This document shows, in pieces, positions 27,382 to 36,530 of a stretch of DNA of 64,000 bases. The position numbers were made by a program, and so were the translations under genes. The stretch's first letter is position 1. Every line of letters begins with the position of its first letter. Location of the stretch: the NCBI GenBank assembly GCA_043827405.1, contig JBDRPD010000053.1, positions 130,893 through 194,892 of the forward strand, written 5' to 3'. The DNA comes from Elusimicrobiota bacterium (GTDB taxonomy: Bacteria > Elusimicrobiota > Elusimicrobia > UBA1565). The notes under the pieces were generated by a model, which saw nothing but the letters and a program-made list of their open reading frames with translations, ran no database searches and was not told where the DNA came from.

Positions 27382-27764
27382 ATCTTCACCAACGCGAAAT
27401 TAACGGCGGCAAGCAGCATCAAAAGCAGCGCCCATGAGGCGGCTAGCCGTCCGCTCAGCTTGATTTTCTGCTCGGATGCTTCTGGCGAAGCGCGAAGCCG
27501 CGCCGCGAGATAGGTAAACGGCAGCACGGCCAAGGCGGAGACTGCCGCCTCAAAAATTCCCGTCTTGAGTCCCGCCGCCAGGGTTGAAAAGTGGACGATA
27601 TCCGCCGCGCAATCAAGCAGCCGAGTCGAGCCGACGAGCGCCGCGAGGAAAACCGCGAAGTGCCAGCGGCTGCGAAGCCGTGGAGCCAGGCCCCAGGTCA
27701 AGACCGCGACGGACATGAACATGACTCCTACGGCGAGGATGCGCGACGGCGGGTACAAAGTCAT
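27378..27764 (-). CDS. hypothetical 4-TM membrane protein
   Basis: Hydrophobic throughout; 4-bp overlaps with both neighbours. Confidence 0.6.
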   Translation of the reverse strand: MTLYPPSRILAVGVMFMSVAVLTWGLAPRLRSRWHFAVFLAALVGSTRLLDCAADIVHFSTLAAGLKTGIFEAAVSALAVLPFTYLAARLRASPEASEQKIKLSGRLAASWALLLMLLAAVNFALVKM

Positions 27765-28282
27765 GGTCCTGCCTTTTTCTCCAGTTCTTTTAAGGCGTGC
27801 TCGACCGCGGAGTGCATATTCGGCGCCTTATCTTGCGTGAGCTTTCTTAGGTGAGGCAAGGCCTTTGGATCGCCCAGTTCGGCCAGGCCGTATACGGCTG
27901 CGACTCTGACATAATCGCTCTCGTCATTTAGAGAATCAATAAGAGTATCGAGATGTTTGGAATCCCGGGTATAACCTAAAGTCCTGGCAGCACATGCGCG
28001 CAGATCGGGACGGGGAGTCTGCAGCAGGTCCAGCAGCCCCTTGACCGCCTTTTCGCGGCTCGTCCGTGATGAGGTCTCATCCAATACCCATTCACTGGAG
28101 CCTTCCCGGATGCAAAGCTCGGCAGCCGCCTTTGCTTCCGGCTGGAGTTTCTTAAGGAGCTCGCGATCTTCCGATGAAAGCAGCATAAATTCTGTGACAA
28201 AAAATATGCCGATGAACCCAAGCGCCGCTAAAGTCCCCAGCCCCAGCAGGGTTCTAAACAGCGCTTTAATAACGTTTTTCAC
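27761..28282 (-). CDS. membrane-anchored HEAT (PBS-lyase-like) repeat protein
   Basis: N-terminal TM; LRACAARTLG, LIDSLNDESDYVRVAAVYGLAELGDPKALPHL. Confidence 0.8.
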   Translation of the reverse strand: MKNVIKALFRTLLGLGTLAALGFIGIFFVTEFMLLSSEDRELLKKLQPEAKAAAELCIREGSSEWVLDETSSRTSREKAVKGLLDLLQTPRPDLRACAARTLGYTRDSKHLDTLIDSLNDESDYVRVAAVYGLAELGDPKALPHLRKLTQDKAPNMHSAVEHALKELEKKAGP

Positions 28283-28429
28283 GCGATTATAACGATCACT
28301 GCTCCCTCAAATAGCTTACCTCTCGCGGCGCAATCGCGCCAGATGCGGCATCAACCATCAACCACCGCCCAGCCGCAAGTTTGATCCATATCCTTGCCTC
28401 TTCAAGATGGCATGTATTACCCTTCCTTA

Positions 28430-29350
28430 ATGCTGTCCGTATGGGGACGATCAGCCGTCATATCCCTACTGCTCTGCTCCTCAGCCGCCGCCGAGCCGTC
28501 GCGGCTGATCAGCCTGCAGGGCCGTCTCACCGACGCCGGCGGCACCGTCATCACCCTGCCGCAGCCGGTCGTCTTCTCTCTCTACACATCATCGACCGGC
28601 GGGGCCGCTTTCTGGAACGAGACCCAAAACGTCGCTCCGGACGCCGCCGGCCTCTATGAGGTCTACCTGGGAAGCGTCACCGCCATCCCGTCCTCGGTCG
28701 CTTTCAATCAGGATTACTGGCTGGGAATAAACGTCGCCGGCGACGGCGAGATGACGCCGCGGCTTATGTTTACGGTCTCACCCTATGCGATCTACGCCTC
28801 AAGCGCCTCGTATGTCCCGGACACCGGCATATCCGGCAGCACTTGGGACGGTCTCACCGGCGGCGGCATCACGGCGCTGCACTCGCATGCGGGACTCGTC
28901 AACGGGCCTCACGCCGATGACCACGCCGCGGGCGGGCTGGACTCGCTGGCTCCGCTGCAAGTCGATGTCGCGACCTTGACCGTGAGCCACAGCGTCTACC
29001 TGGCGACTTCGTCGGGACGGGTGGGCATCGGGACCAGCGATCCGCAGACCTTGCTGGATGCGGCGGGCTCGATCCTGATCGGAACGGGAGTCAGTAAAAG
29101 TACTTTCACCGCCACCGGGGCGGTCGCCATTGACGGCGACTTAACTGTCGCTGGTTCGGGCATCCTCTCCGATACGATGTTTTTCGGCCTGCCGAAGCTT
29201 CCGCATGTCATCAATCCAAACAGCCTGATAGTTCCGACCACGACGGGACTGCTGCTCTATGAGCCGAACCTTAAAGCCCTCTGCTACAGCAAGACGACGG
29301 CGGCAGGAGGCTGGTACCGGGGCGACAATCCAAGCCAACCATGTCAATGA
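28430..29350 (+). CDS. secreted fibre/adhesin-like protein, paralog 1
   Basis: Signal peptide; QGRLTD...FSLY...GGAAFW.ETQ...YWLGINV.GDGEMTPR...PYA N-domain; HxH/H..HA.GG motif; GRVGIGT repeat. Confidence 0.75.
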   Translation: MLSVWGRSAVISLLLCSSAAAEPSRLISLQGRLTDAGGTVITLPQPVVFSLYTSSTGGAAFWNETQNVAPDAAGLYEVYLGSVTAIPSSVAFNQDYWLGINVAGDGEMTPRLMFTVSPYAIYASSASYVPDTGISGSTWDGLTGGGITALHSHAGLVNGPHADDHAAGGLDSLAPLQVDVATLTVSHSVYLATSSGRVGIGTSDPQTLLDAAGSILIGTGVSKSTFTATGAVAIDGDLTVAGSGILSDTMFFGLPKLPHVINPNSLIVPTTTGLLLYEPNLKALCYSKTTAAGGWYRGDNPSQPCQ

Positions 29351-30288
29351 GGTCCAAGATAATACTGCTCTGGGGAGTCGCGGCTCTGCTCGCCTGCCCG
29401 GTGTCGGCAGAGCCGTCCCGGCTCATACGGTTTCAGGGCCGGCTGATGGATGCCGTCGGATCGCCCATAGTCCAGACGCAATCGGTACTGTTTTCATTTT
29501 ATTCCGCCCCCACAGGCGGCGGCGCGGCTTGGAGCGAAACCCAAACTGTAAGCCCCGATACGAGCGGCCGCTACGAAATACTGTTGGGGCAAGCGACTCC
29601 GTTTCCCGCAGCGCTTCCCTTCGACCAAGACTACTGGCTTGGTATTAATGTCGCCAATGACGGCGAGATGACGCCGCGGTTGAGACTGACGGTGGGGCCG
29701 TACGCCATCCATGCTTCCAGCGCCCGCTACGTTCCGGACTCCGGGATATCAGGGAGTACCTGGACGGCATTGACCGATGGGAGCGCTACGACCCTGCACG
29801 GCCATGCGGGCCCCGCTCTGGGCGCGCATGCCGCGGTGCACGCGGCGGGGGCCGCCGAAACCCTGACGCCCCATCAGGTGGACGTATCGAGCCTCGCCGC
29901 CGGCTATAGCGTTCTGCTCGCGACATCATCCGGGAGAGTCGGGATCGGGACCTCTGAACCCGCTCTCCTCCTCGATGTGGCGGGCGCGGCCCAATTCGGC
30001 AGCGGCGCGATAAAAAGCACTATTACATCGACGGGGGATTTGATCGTCGGCTCGACATTCACGAGCGGAGGCGATATATACCTCGGAGATTCGACCTCCG
30101 ACATCTTCATATTCAACGGCTATTTCCAGATTCCCGCGGCGGTAATCCCGGCGATTATGGTCACGCCGACAGGCACTGGGGAGCTTGTATACGGCTTAAT
30201 GCACAACTCCATTTGCGTCAGCACCGGGACGACCCCCTCGACTTGGGTAAGGGGAGACGATAACAGCACGCCATGCCCGCTCCCATGA
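29347..30288 (+). CDS. secreted fibre/adhesin-like protein, paralog 2
   Basis: Same domain order as paralog 1; ATGA overlap. Confidence 0.75.
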   Translation: MRSKIILLWGVAALLACPVSAEPSRLIRFQGRLMDAVGSPIVQTQSVLFSFYSAPTGGGAAWSETQTVSPDTSGRYEILLGQATPFPAALPFDQDYWLGINVANDGEMTPRLRLTVGPYAIHASSARYVPDSGISGSTWTALTDGSATTLHGHAGPALGAHAAVHAAGAAETLTPHQVDVSSLAAGYSVLLATSSGRVGIGTSEPALLLDVAGAAQFGSGAIKSTITSTGDLIVGSTFTSGGDIYLGDSTSDIFIFNGYFQIPAAVIPAIMVTPTGTGELVYGLMHNSICVSTGTTPSTWVRGDDNSTPCPLP

Positions 30289-31235
30289 ACATACCAAGGC
30301 TTACGCGTCTCTGTTTTTTCGCGGCGGCGGGGCTCGCTGTCAGCGTAATCGGGGCGGCGGAGCCCTCCCGGCTGCTTCCCTTGCAAGGGAAACTGATGGA
30401 CGGGAGCGGCAACGCCCTCACCGCTTCCCAGAGCATCTCTTTTAGCCTCTATACAACGGCATCCGGAGGTGCGGCTTTTTGGACCGAGACTCAGACCGTA
30501 GCGCCTGACGCGGACGGTCTCTATCAGGTGCGGCTTGGAACCGTGACGCCGTTCTCGCCCGCTTTGACCTTCGCCCAGGATTTTTGGCTCGGTGTTGACG
30601 CGGCAGGCGACGGCGAGATGACGCCGAGATTCCGTTTCACCTCTTTGCCTTATGTCCTCACCGCCTCAAGCGCCGACTACGCCGCCGACACCGGGCTTTA
30701 CGGCGCCGACTGGACCGACCTCACCGACGGCGGAACGACGGTATTGCACACGCATGTGGATTCGGTCCCCTCGCCGCATTCCGCCTCACACGCTTCCGGC
30801 GGCGGCGACACGCTGGCCGGCTATGAGGTGGAAACCGCGAGCTTCACCGCCGCTTATTCTGTACTGCTTGCCACCGCCTCCGGCCGGGTCGGAATCGGTA
30901 CGGATACGCCCAAAAACTTGGTCGAGGTCTACGGCGGCGCGCAGTTCGGCGCGGGAACGATCAAGAGCACCGCCGCGGCGAATGGAGACCTCAAGATCGG
31001 CGGCGATCTGATTGCAAACGATACGACAAGGCTCGGCGGCTTCGGCAACGACACCGTAACCATGATCGGACTGCCGCGCCTCCCGCATGTGCACAACCTA
31101 ACAACGCCTGATATTCAGGCCAAGCTCATTTACTACGTCCCCACGGCCGAAGTATGCATCAGCACATACTCGACTGCGACCTTCACTCGGAACTGGGCAA
31201 AACTAAGCGATTCCACTTCAGTCTGCGGCCAATGA
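30285..31235 (+). CDS. secreted fibre/adhesin-like protein, paralog 3
   Basis: Same domain order as paralogs 1 and 2; ATGA overlap. Confidence 0.75.
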   Translation: MNIPRLTRLCFFAAAGLAVSVIGAAEPSRLLPLQGKLMDGSGNALTASQSISFSLYTTASGGAAFWTETQTVAPDADGLYQVRLGTVTPFSPALTFAQDFWLGVDAAGDGEMTPRFRFTSLPYVLTASSADYAADTGLYGADWTDLTDGGTTVLHTHVDSVPSPHSASHASGGGDTLAGYEVETASFTAAYSVLLATASGRVGIGTDTPKNLVEVYGGAQFGAGTIKSTAAANGDLKIGGDLIANDTTRLGGFGNDTVTMIGLPRLPHVHNLTTPDIQAKLIYYVPTAEVCISTYSTATFTRNWAKLSDSTSVCGQ

Positions 31236-32176
31236 CAGCGCGAAAACTCCCATCCTGGCCCCTTTTCCTCCTCGCCGCCGCGGCGGCCGGCGCCGCGACT
31301 CTCGCCGGCACGAATTTCCAAACTCTCGCTACCTCGGCCGGCGGCGGAGAAAGCGCCGCCTCCACGAACTTCCAAACCGTCGCCACAATCGCCCAGCCGG
31401 CCGCCGGGTCCGCGCAAAGCGCGAACTTCAAGCTCGCCGGCGGCTTCACCGCGCAGGCCTACGCCCCGGCCGCCTTCGTGCCGCAGCAAACGACCTCGAT
31501 CAGCCCGGGCAATTCCTACACCATAACTCACTCCCTAAGCGGCCGGGCCGTGGAGATCGGCATTCCCCAGGGAGCCTTCGCGGAAGCGGTCGAATTGACC
31601 GTCCGGCTGCCGGCCAGCGTCCCGGCTCCCGGCGCGCGCATGACGCCGCTCGCCGGCGCGGTGAACCTGGAGCTCTCCCTTAACAAGGCGGTGCAGCCGC
31701 TCAAGGACCTGCGGATCACTTTGGCTTATTTCGACGCGGATGCCGGCGGCCTGACGGAAGCGAACTTCGTGCTCGCTCGCTATGACGCCGTGCGCGCGCT
31801 TTGGATCGCCCTCCCGACCCAGCGCGACGCCTCCGCCAACAGGATCAGCGCTCAAACGGACCATCTCTCCAAGTTCCAAATCCTGCAGGCAGGCGCCGCG
31901 CAGTCCATCTCCGAAGTCACGGTCGGCCCCAATCCCCTGCGGCCGAGCAGAAATCCGGAACAGCAGATGACATTCCGCAACCTGTCGGCGGACGCGCGGG
32001 TACGGATATACACCTATCTCGGCGAGCGGCTCCGTGAGCTGACGGTGGACGGCACCGGGATGGCGGTCTGGGACGGCCGCAATGAATCGGGACGGCGCGT
32101 GGCCAGCGGCGTCTACCTCGCGCTTATCCAGGGCGCCGGCGACAAACGGATCATCCGAGTGGCTATCGAACGATGA
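31232..32176 (+). CDS. secreted protein with C-terminal FlgD-Ig / T9SS type A sorting-like domain
   Basis: TDHLSKFQI module, then VGPNPLRP...VRIYTYLGERLREL...WDGRNESGRRVASGVYLALI. Confidence 0.8.
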   Translation: MTARKLPSWPLFLLAAAAAGAATLAGTNFQTLATSAGGGESAASTNFQTVATIAQPAAGSAQSANFKLAGGFTAQAYAPAAFVPQQTTSISPGNSYTITHSLSGRAVEIGIPQGAFAEAVELTVRLPASVPAPGARMTPLAGAVNLELSLNKAVQPLKDLRITLAYFDADAGGLTEANFVLARYDAVRALWIALPTQRDASANRISAQTDHLSKFQILQAGAAQSISEVTVGPNPLRPSRNPEQQMTFRNLSADARVRIYTYLGERLRELTVDGTGMAVWDGRNESGRRVASGVYLALIQGAGDKRIIRVAIER

Positions 32177-33195
32177 AGCCCGGAACGTTCGGCATCGCCG
32201 TTTTATTCTGCTGCACCTTCAGCGCGGCCTCTAACGCCGCGGCCGGCGGCGGCGGCAAGGGGACCGGCGCCGCGCAATTTCTAAAACTGGGAGTCGGCGC
32301 CCGTGCCGTGGGCATGGGCGAGGCCTACTCCGCGGCGGCCGATGAAGCGAGCGCCCTCTACTGGAATCCGGCGGGCCTCAACCGCATCAACGGCAACTCC
32401 GCCACCTTTATGCGCGCGGTCCTGCTGGGCGGCGTGGTTTACGATTATCTGGCATTCGGACGAAAAGCCGATGCGACAGGTGCCTGGGGAGCGAGCCTCC
32501 AGTATCTTTCGGCGGGAGGAATTTATGAGACCGACTCAACAGGATTTAATACCGGTTCGGAGTTCAACCCGAAGGACCTCGCATTCACCGCCGGGTATGC
32601 GCGCGGTACCCGGGGCTTCGACGCCGGGCTGTCCATCAAGTACATCCGCTCCGAGATCGTAAACACCGCCTGGACTTTGGCGGCTGATTTCGGCGTCCTG
32701 AGCCCGCCCCTGCTCAATAAAAAGCTCCGCCTGTCGCTGGCCGCGCAAAATATCGGCGGCCGGCTCAAGTTCGATCGTGAATCGGACGCCCTACCGGTGA
32801 ATGTCCGGCTTGGAAGCGCGTTGTCACTTACTCCGCGCTGGACCGCGGCCCTTGATCTGAATCTGCCCTATGATAATGCGCCCTTTGTGGGAGTCGGCGG
32901 CGAGTACCGCATCGACGCGGGTTCGGCCTGGAGCCTGGCGGCGCGCCTGGGCTACAATTCGCGCACCTTCGGGGACATCGAAGGCATCAACGGCTTTTCC
33001 TACGGTCTCGGCTGGGCGTTCGGCCGGCTCGAATTCGATTACGCGCTGCTCCCCTTCAGCGCCCTCGGCGCGACCCACCGGCTCAGCATGTCGACGCGGT
33101 GGGGCGGCGGGACGCAAAATGCGCGAACTCAGCCGCGAAAAATCCAGCAGCCGGCCGCGATGCCCGAACGCCCCATATTTATCGACGCCGATTAA
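32173..33195 (+). CDS. PorV/PorQ family outer-membrane beta-barrel protein
   Basis: AQFLKLGVGARAVGMGEAY.A.ADEASALYWNPAGL N-terminal signature; FDYALLPF..LGATHRLS C-terminus. Confidence 0.88.
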   Translation: MKPGTFGIAVLFCCTFSAASNAAAGGGGKGTGAAQFLKLGVGARAVGMGEAYSAAADEASALYWNPAGLNRINGNSATFMRAVLLGGVVYDYLAFGRKADATGAWGASLQYLSAGGIYETDSTGFNTGSEFNPKDLAFTAGYARGTRGFDAGLSIKYIRSEIVNTAWTLAADFGVLSPPLLNKKLRLSLAAQNIGGRLKFDRESDALPVNVRLGSALSLTPRWTAALDLNLPYDNAPFVGVGGEYRIDAGSAWSLAARLGYNSRTFGDIEGINGFSYGLGWAFGRLEFDYALLPFSALGATHRLSMSTRWGGGTQNARTQPRKIQQPAAMPERPIFIDAD

Positions 33196-33264
33196 GCTCC
33201 TGTTCGGCGAAGCATTTCCGATTATCCGTTGCAATCGGCCGCAACGGGACCTATACTCGTAGGG

Positions 33265-33897
33265 ATGAGGTATTTCTTCCTGACCGCCCTGCTGGGTCTG
33301 TTCGGCGCCGCCCAGGCCGAGCCCGACCTGTCTTTGCCCGCGCGGCCGGCCGGCCTGACTATCGAGGGCGACCCGAACGGCCCGGTCGATGACGAGCCCG
33401 CCGCGAGCGCGCAGGCCGGCGACATGAAAGGCGGTATCCCGGCCAGCGGCCCGGTAGCGAAGCCGATCCCACTGCCCCAGGAGCTCTACGACAAGGTCCA
33501 CCGTCACGTGCTCAAGCACTGCGAGCATGAACCGGCCAGCGGCCTGTGCTGCCTGGGCGGCACGGTACCCCTGCCGGATGATCACCGCAGCGTAAGCGGC
33601 TGCATGGGCATCCGCGATCTGACCGAGGAAGGGGATATCCATAAGGCGGTGCTGCGCCGGGAGATCATGAGCTTCTCCATCGGCCTGCGCGAGACGCCCG
33701 CCGAACATCCCGAAAGCGAGCAGGTGCTGTTCTTCCACATGTCCGGCGACGGCAAGCTGAACTTCGTGGAAAGCCAGACCTTCGTCCCCATGGCCGAGCC
33801 GAAGATCGAGATGCTGCCGCCGGATTCGGCCATGGTCGAGCGCTGGAAGGGCGCCGCGAAAGTTCTGCTGCTGGTCCTGCCGCAGAAGGAGATTTAA
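33265..33897 (+). CDS. secreted hypothetical protein
   Basis: Signal peptide MRYFFLTALLGLFGAAQA; host-like codon usage. Confidence 0.65.
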   Translation: MRYFFLTALLGLFGAAQAEPDLSLPARPAGLTIEGDPNGPVDDEPAASAQAGDMKGGIPASGPVAKPIPLPQELYDKVHRHVLKHCEHEPASGLCCLGGTVPLPDDHRSVSGCMGIRDLTEEGDIHKAVLRREIMSFSIGLRETPAEHPESEQVLFFHMSGDGKLNFVESQTFVPMAEPKIEMLPPDSAMVERWKGAAKVLLLVLPQKEI

Positions 33898-34724
33898 ATC
33901 CGCAGTTCGCCGCTGAGCACGGTGACGGCCGCGCCGGTCAGCAGCACCCGGCTTCCCTTATACCGCACCCGCAGCTCGCCGCCGCGCGCTGAAGCCTGGA
34001 AAGCGAAGAACTCCTTCTTCCGCAGATGCTTCGCCCAGTACGGCGCCAGCATCGAATGCGCCGAACCGGTGACCGGGTCCTCATTGATGCCGCACCAGGG
34101 ACAGAAGTAGCGCGAGATAAAGTCATAGGGCGCCGCGCCGCGCGCCGTCACGATCACGCCGCCGAAGGCGTCGGCGGAGACTTTCTTGAGCCGGTCAAAG
34201 CGGGGAGCCAATCCGCGCAGCTCGCTTTCGTCCTCGATGCGCAGCAGGAGGTTCTCGCCGTGCCGGCCGCGCACGCATTCCTTGATCTTCTTGAGGCCCA
34301 GCGCCGCGAGCAGAGCCGGCGGCGGCTTGAACTTCGCCGCCGGATGCTCGGGCAAATCGATCTCGATGCCCGCGCCGCGCCGCCGCGCCGTCAGCGTTCC
34401 GCTCTTGGTCGTAAACTCGAGCCGGTCGGCCTCCAGCCCCAGCTCATTAAAGAGCGCCGCCGAGGAAGCCAGGGTCGCATGCCCGCACAGCGGGACCTCG
34501 ACGGTCGGGGTGAACCAGCGCAGCCCGTAGCGCGGCGCGGCACCGTCGGCCAGCCGCCAGATAAAGGCCGTCTCGGAGAGGTTCATCTCCATGGCGATCT
34601 TATGCATCAAGGCGGCTTCCGGCTCAGCTTCGAACAGGCAGACCGCGGCGGGATTGCCGGTGAACGGCCCCACCGAGAAAGCGTCGATCTGCCAAAACGG
34701 TACGCTCTTCGGCATGCGTTCCAT
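33894..34724 (-). CDS. PhzF family isomerase
   Basis: QIDAF...FTGNPAAV, EMNLSETAF, RWFTPTVEVPLCGHATLA and EDPVTGSAH motifs. Confidence 0.93.
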   Translation of the reverse strand: MERMPKSVPFWQIDAFSVGPFTGNPAAVCLFEAEPEAALMHKIAMEMNLSETAFIWRLADGAAPRYGLRWFTPTVEVPLCGHATLASSAALFNELGLEADRLEFTTKSGTLTARRRGAGIEIDLPEHPAAKFKPPPALLAALGLKKIKECVRGRHGENLLLRIEDESELRGLAPRFDRLKKVSADAFGGVIVTARGAAPYDFISRYFCPWCGINEDPVTGSAHSMLAPYWAKHLRKKEFFAFQASARGGELRVRYKGSRVLLTGAAVTVLSGELRI

Positions 34725-34781
34725 TAAGCCTGCATCATATAAAACTTGACCGGCGGCTTCGGTGTTGCCTAAGCTGTCCAC

Positions 34782-35489
34782 ATGAGAGTCACCCGCAGAA
34801 ACGGTTTACTGCGCGCCGCCGCCGCCGTTCTGCTGGCGGCGCACCCCGTCGCCGCCGAAATTCTGCCGCCCTCCAGCGCCCATGTCCGCATCGAGAAGGC
34901 CGAGATCGAGGAGCTGGACTGCTCCCGCCGCCCCTTCCAGATGGAGAACACCAAAGCCGTCAGCGGCTACTTCCCTTATATGAGCGATCAGATCTCAGCC
35001 TCGGGCTGGCACCCGCACTCTATCGTCATGGGCGTGCTGGGCATGCTGCTGCTGGTCCCCATGACCGTGATCGCCGCGCCCACCGATCTCATCGCCGGAC
35101 CGTTTCGCCGGCGCTGCACCTTCAAGCTGAAGCTGACGGGTGCGGTCGTCGAATGGGCGGGCAAACCGGTATCCGGCGCCGCGGTGGGCTTTACCGCGTC
35201 CAACCTTCTGCGCCAAGGCATCCAGGGCCGGTCGCGCCCGACCTATGTCGTCTTCGACGCCGCGGCGGTCACTGCGGCGGACGGGAAATTCGAGATCGCG
35301 ACCGGATGCAGCGTGGGCCGCGACAAGGCGCTGGTCATGTTTTGGCAGATAAAGGACCGCAAGGCGGGACAGATGCGCCTGGAGAAGAAGGGCGGCAGCT
35401 TCCTGCTCAGCCAGCCCGACGCCGGCTTCGGCGTGGGCTCTTACGAGATGCAGGACCTCAACATCCTGCCTAAGAAGGCAGGCTCTTGA
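34782..35489 (+). CDS. hypothetical secreted/membrane protein
   Basis: Signal-like N-terminus and one internal hydrophobic segment. Confidence 0.6.
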   Translation: MRVTRRNGLLRAAAAVLLAAHPVAAEILPPSSAHVRIEKAEIEELDCSRRPFQMENTKAVSGYFPYMSDQISASGWHPHSIVMGVLGMLLLVPMTVIAAPTDLIAGPFRRRCTFKLKLTGAVVEWAGKPVSGAAVGFTASNLLRQGIQGRSRPTYVVFDAAAVTAADGKFEIATGCSVGRDKALVMFWQIKDRKAGQMRLEKKGGSFLLSQPDAGFGVGSYEMQDLNILPKKAGS

Positions 35490-36414
35490 TATAGGCCAGC
35501 AGCCGGCGCATCGGCACCGACGCGACGGCGACGCAGGTATCCGCTCCTCCGTAGTAAACCCGCACCTCTTTTTTCGCCTGGTCGTGCACCCAGCCGCAGG
35601 GAAACACCACTTGCCCCACATCGCCGCTCATCTCATAGGGCGCCGAGGGCGTCATGACCCAGTCGCGGCTGCGGCGAATAACCTTCCACGGCCGCTCCAA
35701 ATCCAGCAAGGCGAAACCAACCCGGTAGATGCTGCCCGAACAGTGACGGCGAACGCCGTGATACATCACCAGCCAGCCCTCCGGAGTTTCCAGCGGCTGG
35801 GGGCATAGGCCGATCTTGCCGGAATCCCACCAGGTGCCGGAGCGCGCCTTGATCAACGGATGCGAGCCGCCCCAATGCTTGAGGTCGGGCGAGAAGGACA
35901 GCCAGATATGCGCGTCCTGGCGGGGATCGACGATCGGCCGGTGCAGGATCGCCCAGCGGTTGCCGAAGCGCCGGGGAAACAGCGCCGCGTCCTTATCCGG
36001 AGGCCGCAGGATGGTCCCCTGCCGGCGAAACGTCTTTAAATCCCGGGTCATAGCCAGGGCGACATAGGTCTCATGATCCGAGACCGCCGTATAGGTCATC
36101 GCCCACTCCTTGCGCTCCGGCAGCCAGGTCAGGCGCGGATCCTCGACGCCGTAAATCTCCTCGGGCCGGCGCCGCGGATCGGAAGAAAAGGTCGGCGTCT
36201 TATCGATCTTCCAGCCGGTATAGCCGTTGCTGCTGCGCGCCGCCGTCAGATGCGATATCCCCGAACGGTCCTCCACGCGCACCAGCAGCACCGTATCTTT
36301 CCCGTCCATGGCCGCTGCGGGATTAAACACCGCATTCGCCAAATAGGGCCATTTTTTCGCCGTAAGGATCGGATTCTTCGCATGCCGCTTGAACAACTCA
36401 ATTTCTTTCTTCAT
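35470..36414 (-). CDS. glycoside hydrolase family 130 (beta-mannoside phosphorylase/hydrolase)
   Basis: NPIL, AVFNPAA, GVEDPRLT, DKDAALFPRR, ILHRP, GWLVMYHGV, VVFPCG and YYGGADT motifs. Confidence 0.92.
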   Translation of the reverse strand: MKKEIELFKRHAKNPILTAKKWPYLANAVFNPAAAMDGKDTVLLVRVEDRSGISHLTAARSSNGYTGWKIDKTPTFSSDPRRRPEEIYGVEDPRLTWLPERKEWAMTYTAVSDHETYVALAMTRDLKTFRRQGTILRPPDKDAALFPRRFGNRWAILHRPIVDPRQDAHIWLSFSPDLKHWGGSHPLIKARSGTWWDSGKIGLCPQPLETPEGWLVMYHGVRRHCSGSIYRVGFALLDLERPWKVIRRSRDWVMTPSAPYEMSGDVGQVVFPCGWVHDQAKKEVRVYYGGADTCVAVASVPMRRLLAYIKSLPS

Positions 36415-36422
36415 ATCCCTCT

Positions 36423-36492
36423 AGATAAGGTGCCAGGCAGGTTATCTAAAGTTCAGATAACCTGCCTGGCACCTTATCTGAACCTTATCTGA
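36423..36492. repeat. perfect 25-bp inverted repeat plus tandem 11-bp direct repeat (REP/REPIN-like or operator)
   Basis: agataaggtgccaggcaggttatct (36423-36447), 7-nt loop, agataacctgcctggcaccttatct (36455-36479); accttatctga occurs at 36471 and 36482. Confidence 0.85.
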
Positions 36493-36530
36493 AGTTAATG
36501 CGCGCGGGCTATTATACTATGATTGTTCCG

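Noticed and set aside
28430..31235. Diversity-generating retroelement or prophage tail module
   Set aside because: No reverse transcriptase, no TR/VR pair and no phage structural genes; the proteins have signal peptides.
36423..36492. Possible CRISPR mini-array
   Set aside because: The repeats are inverted or abutting with no unique spacers, and there are no cas genes in the window.
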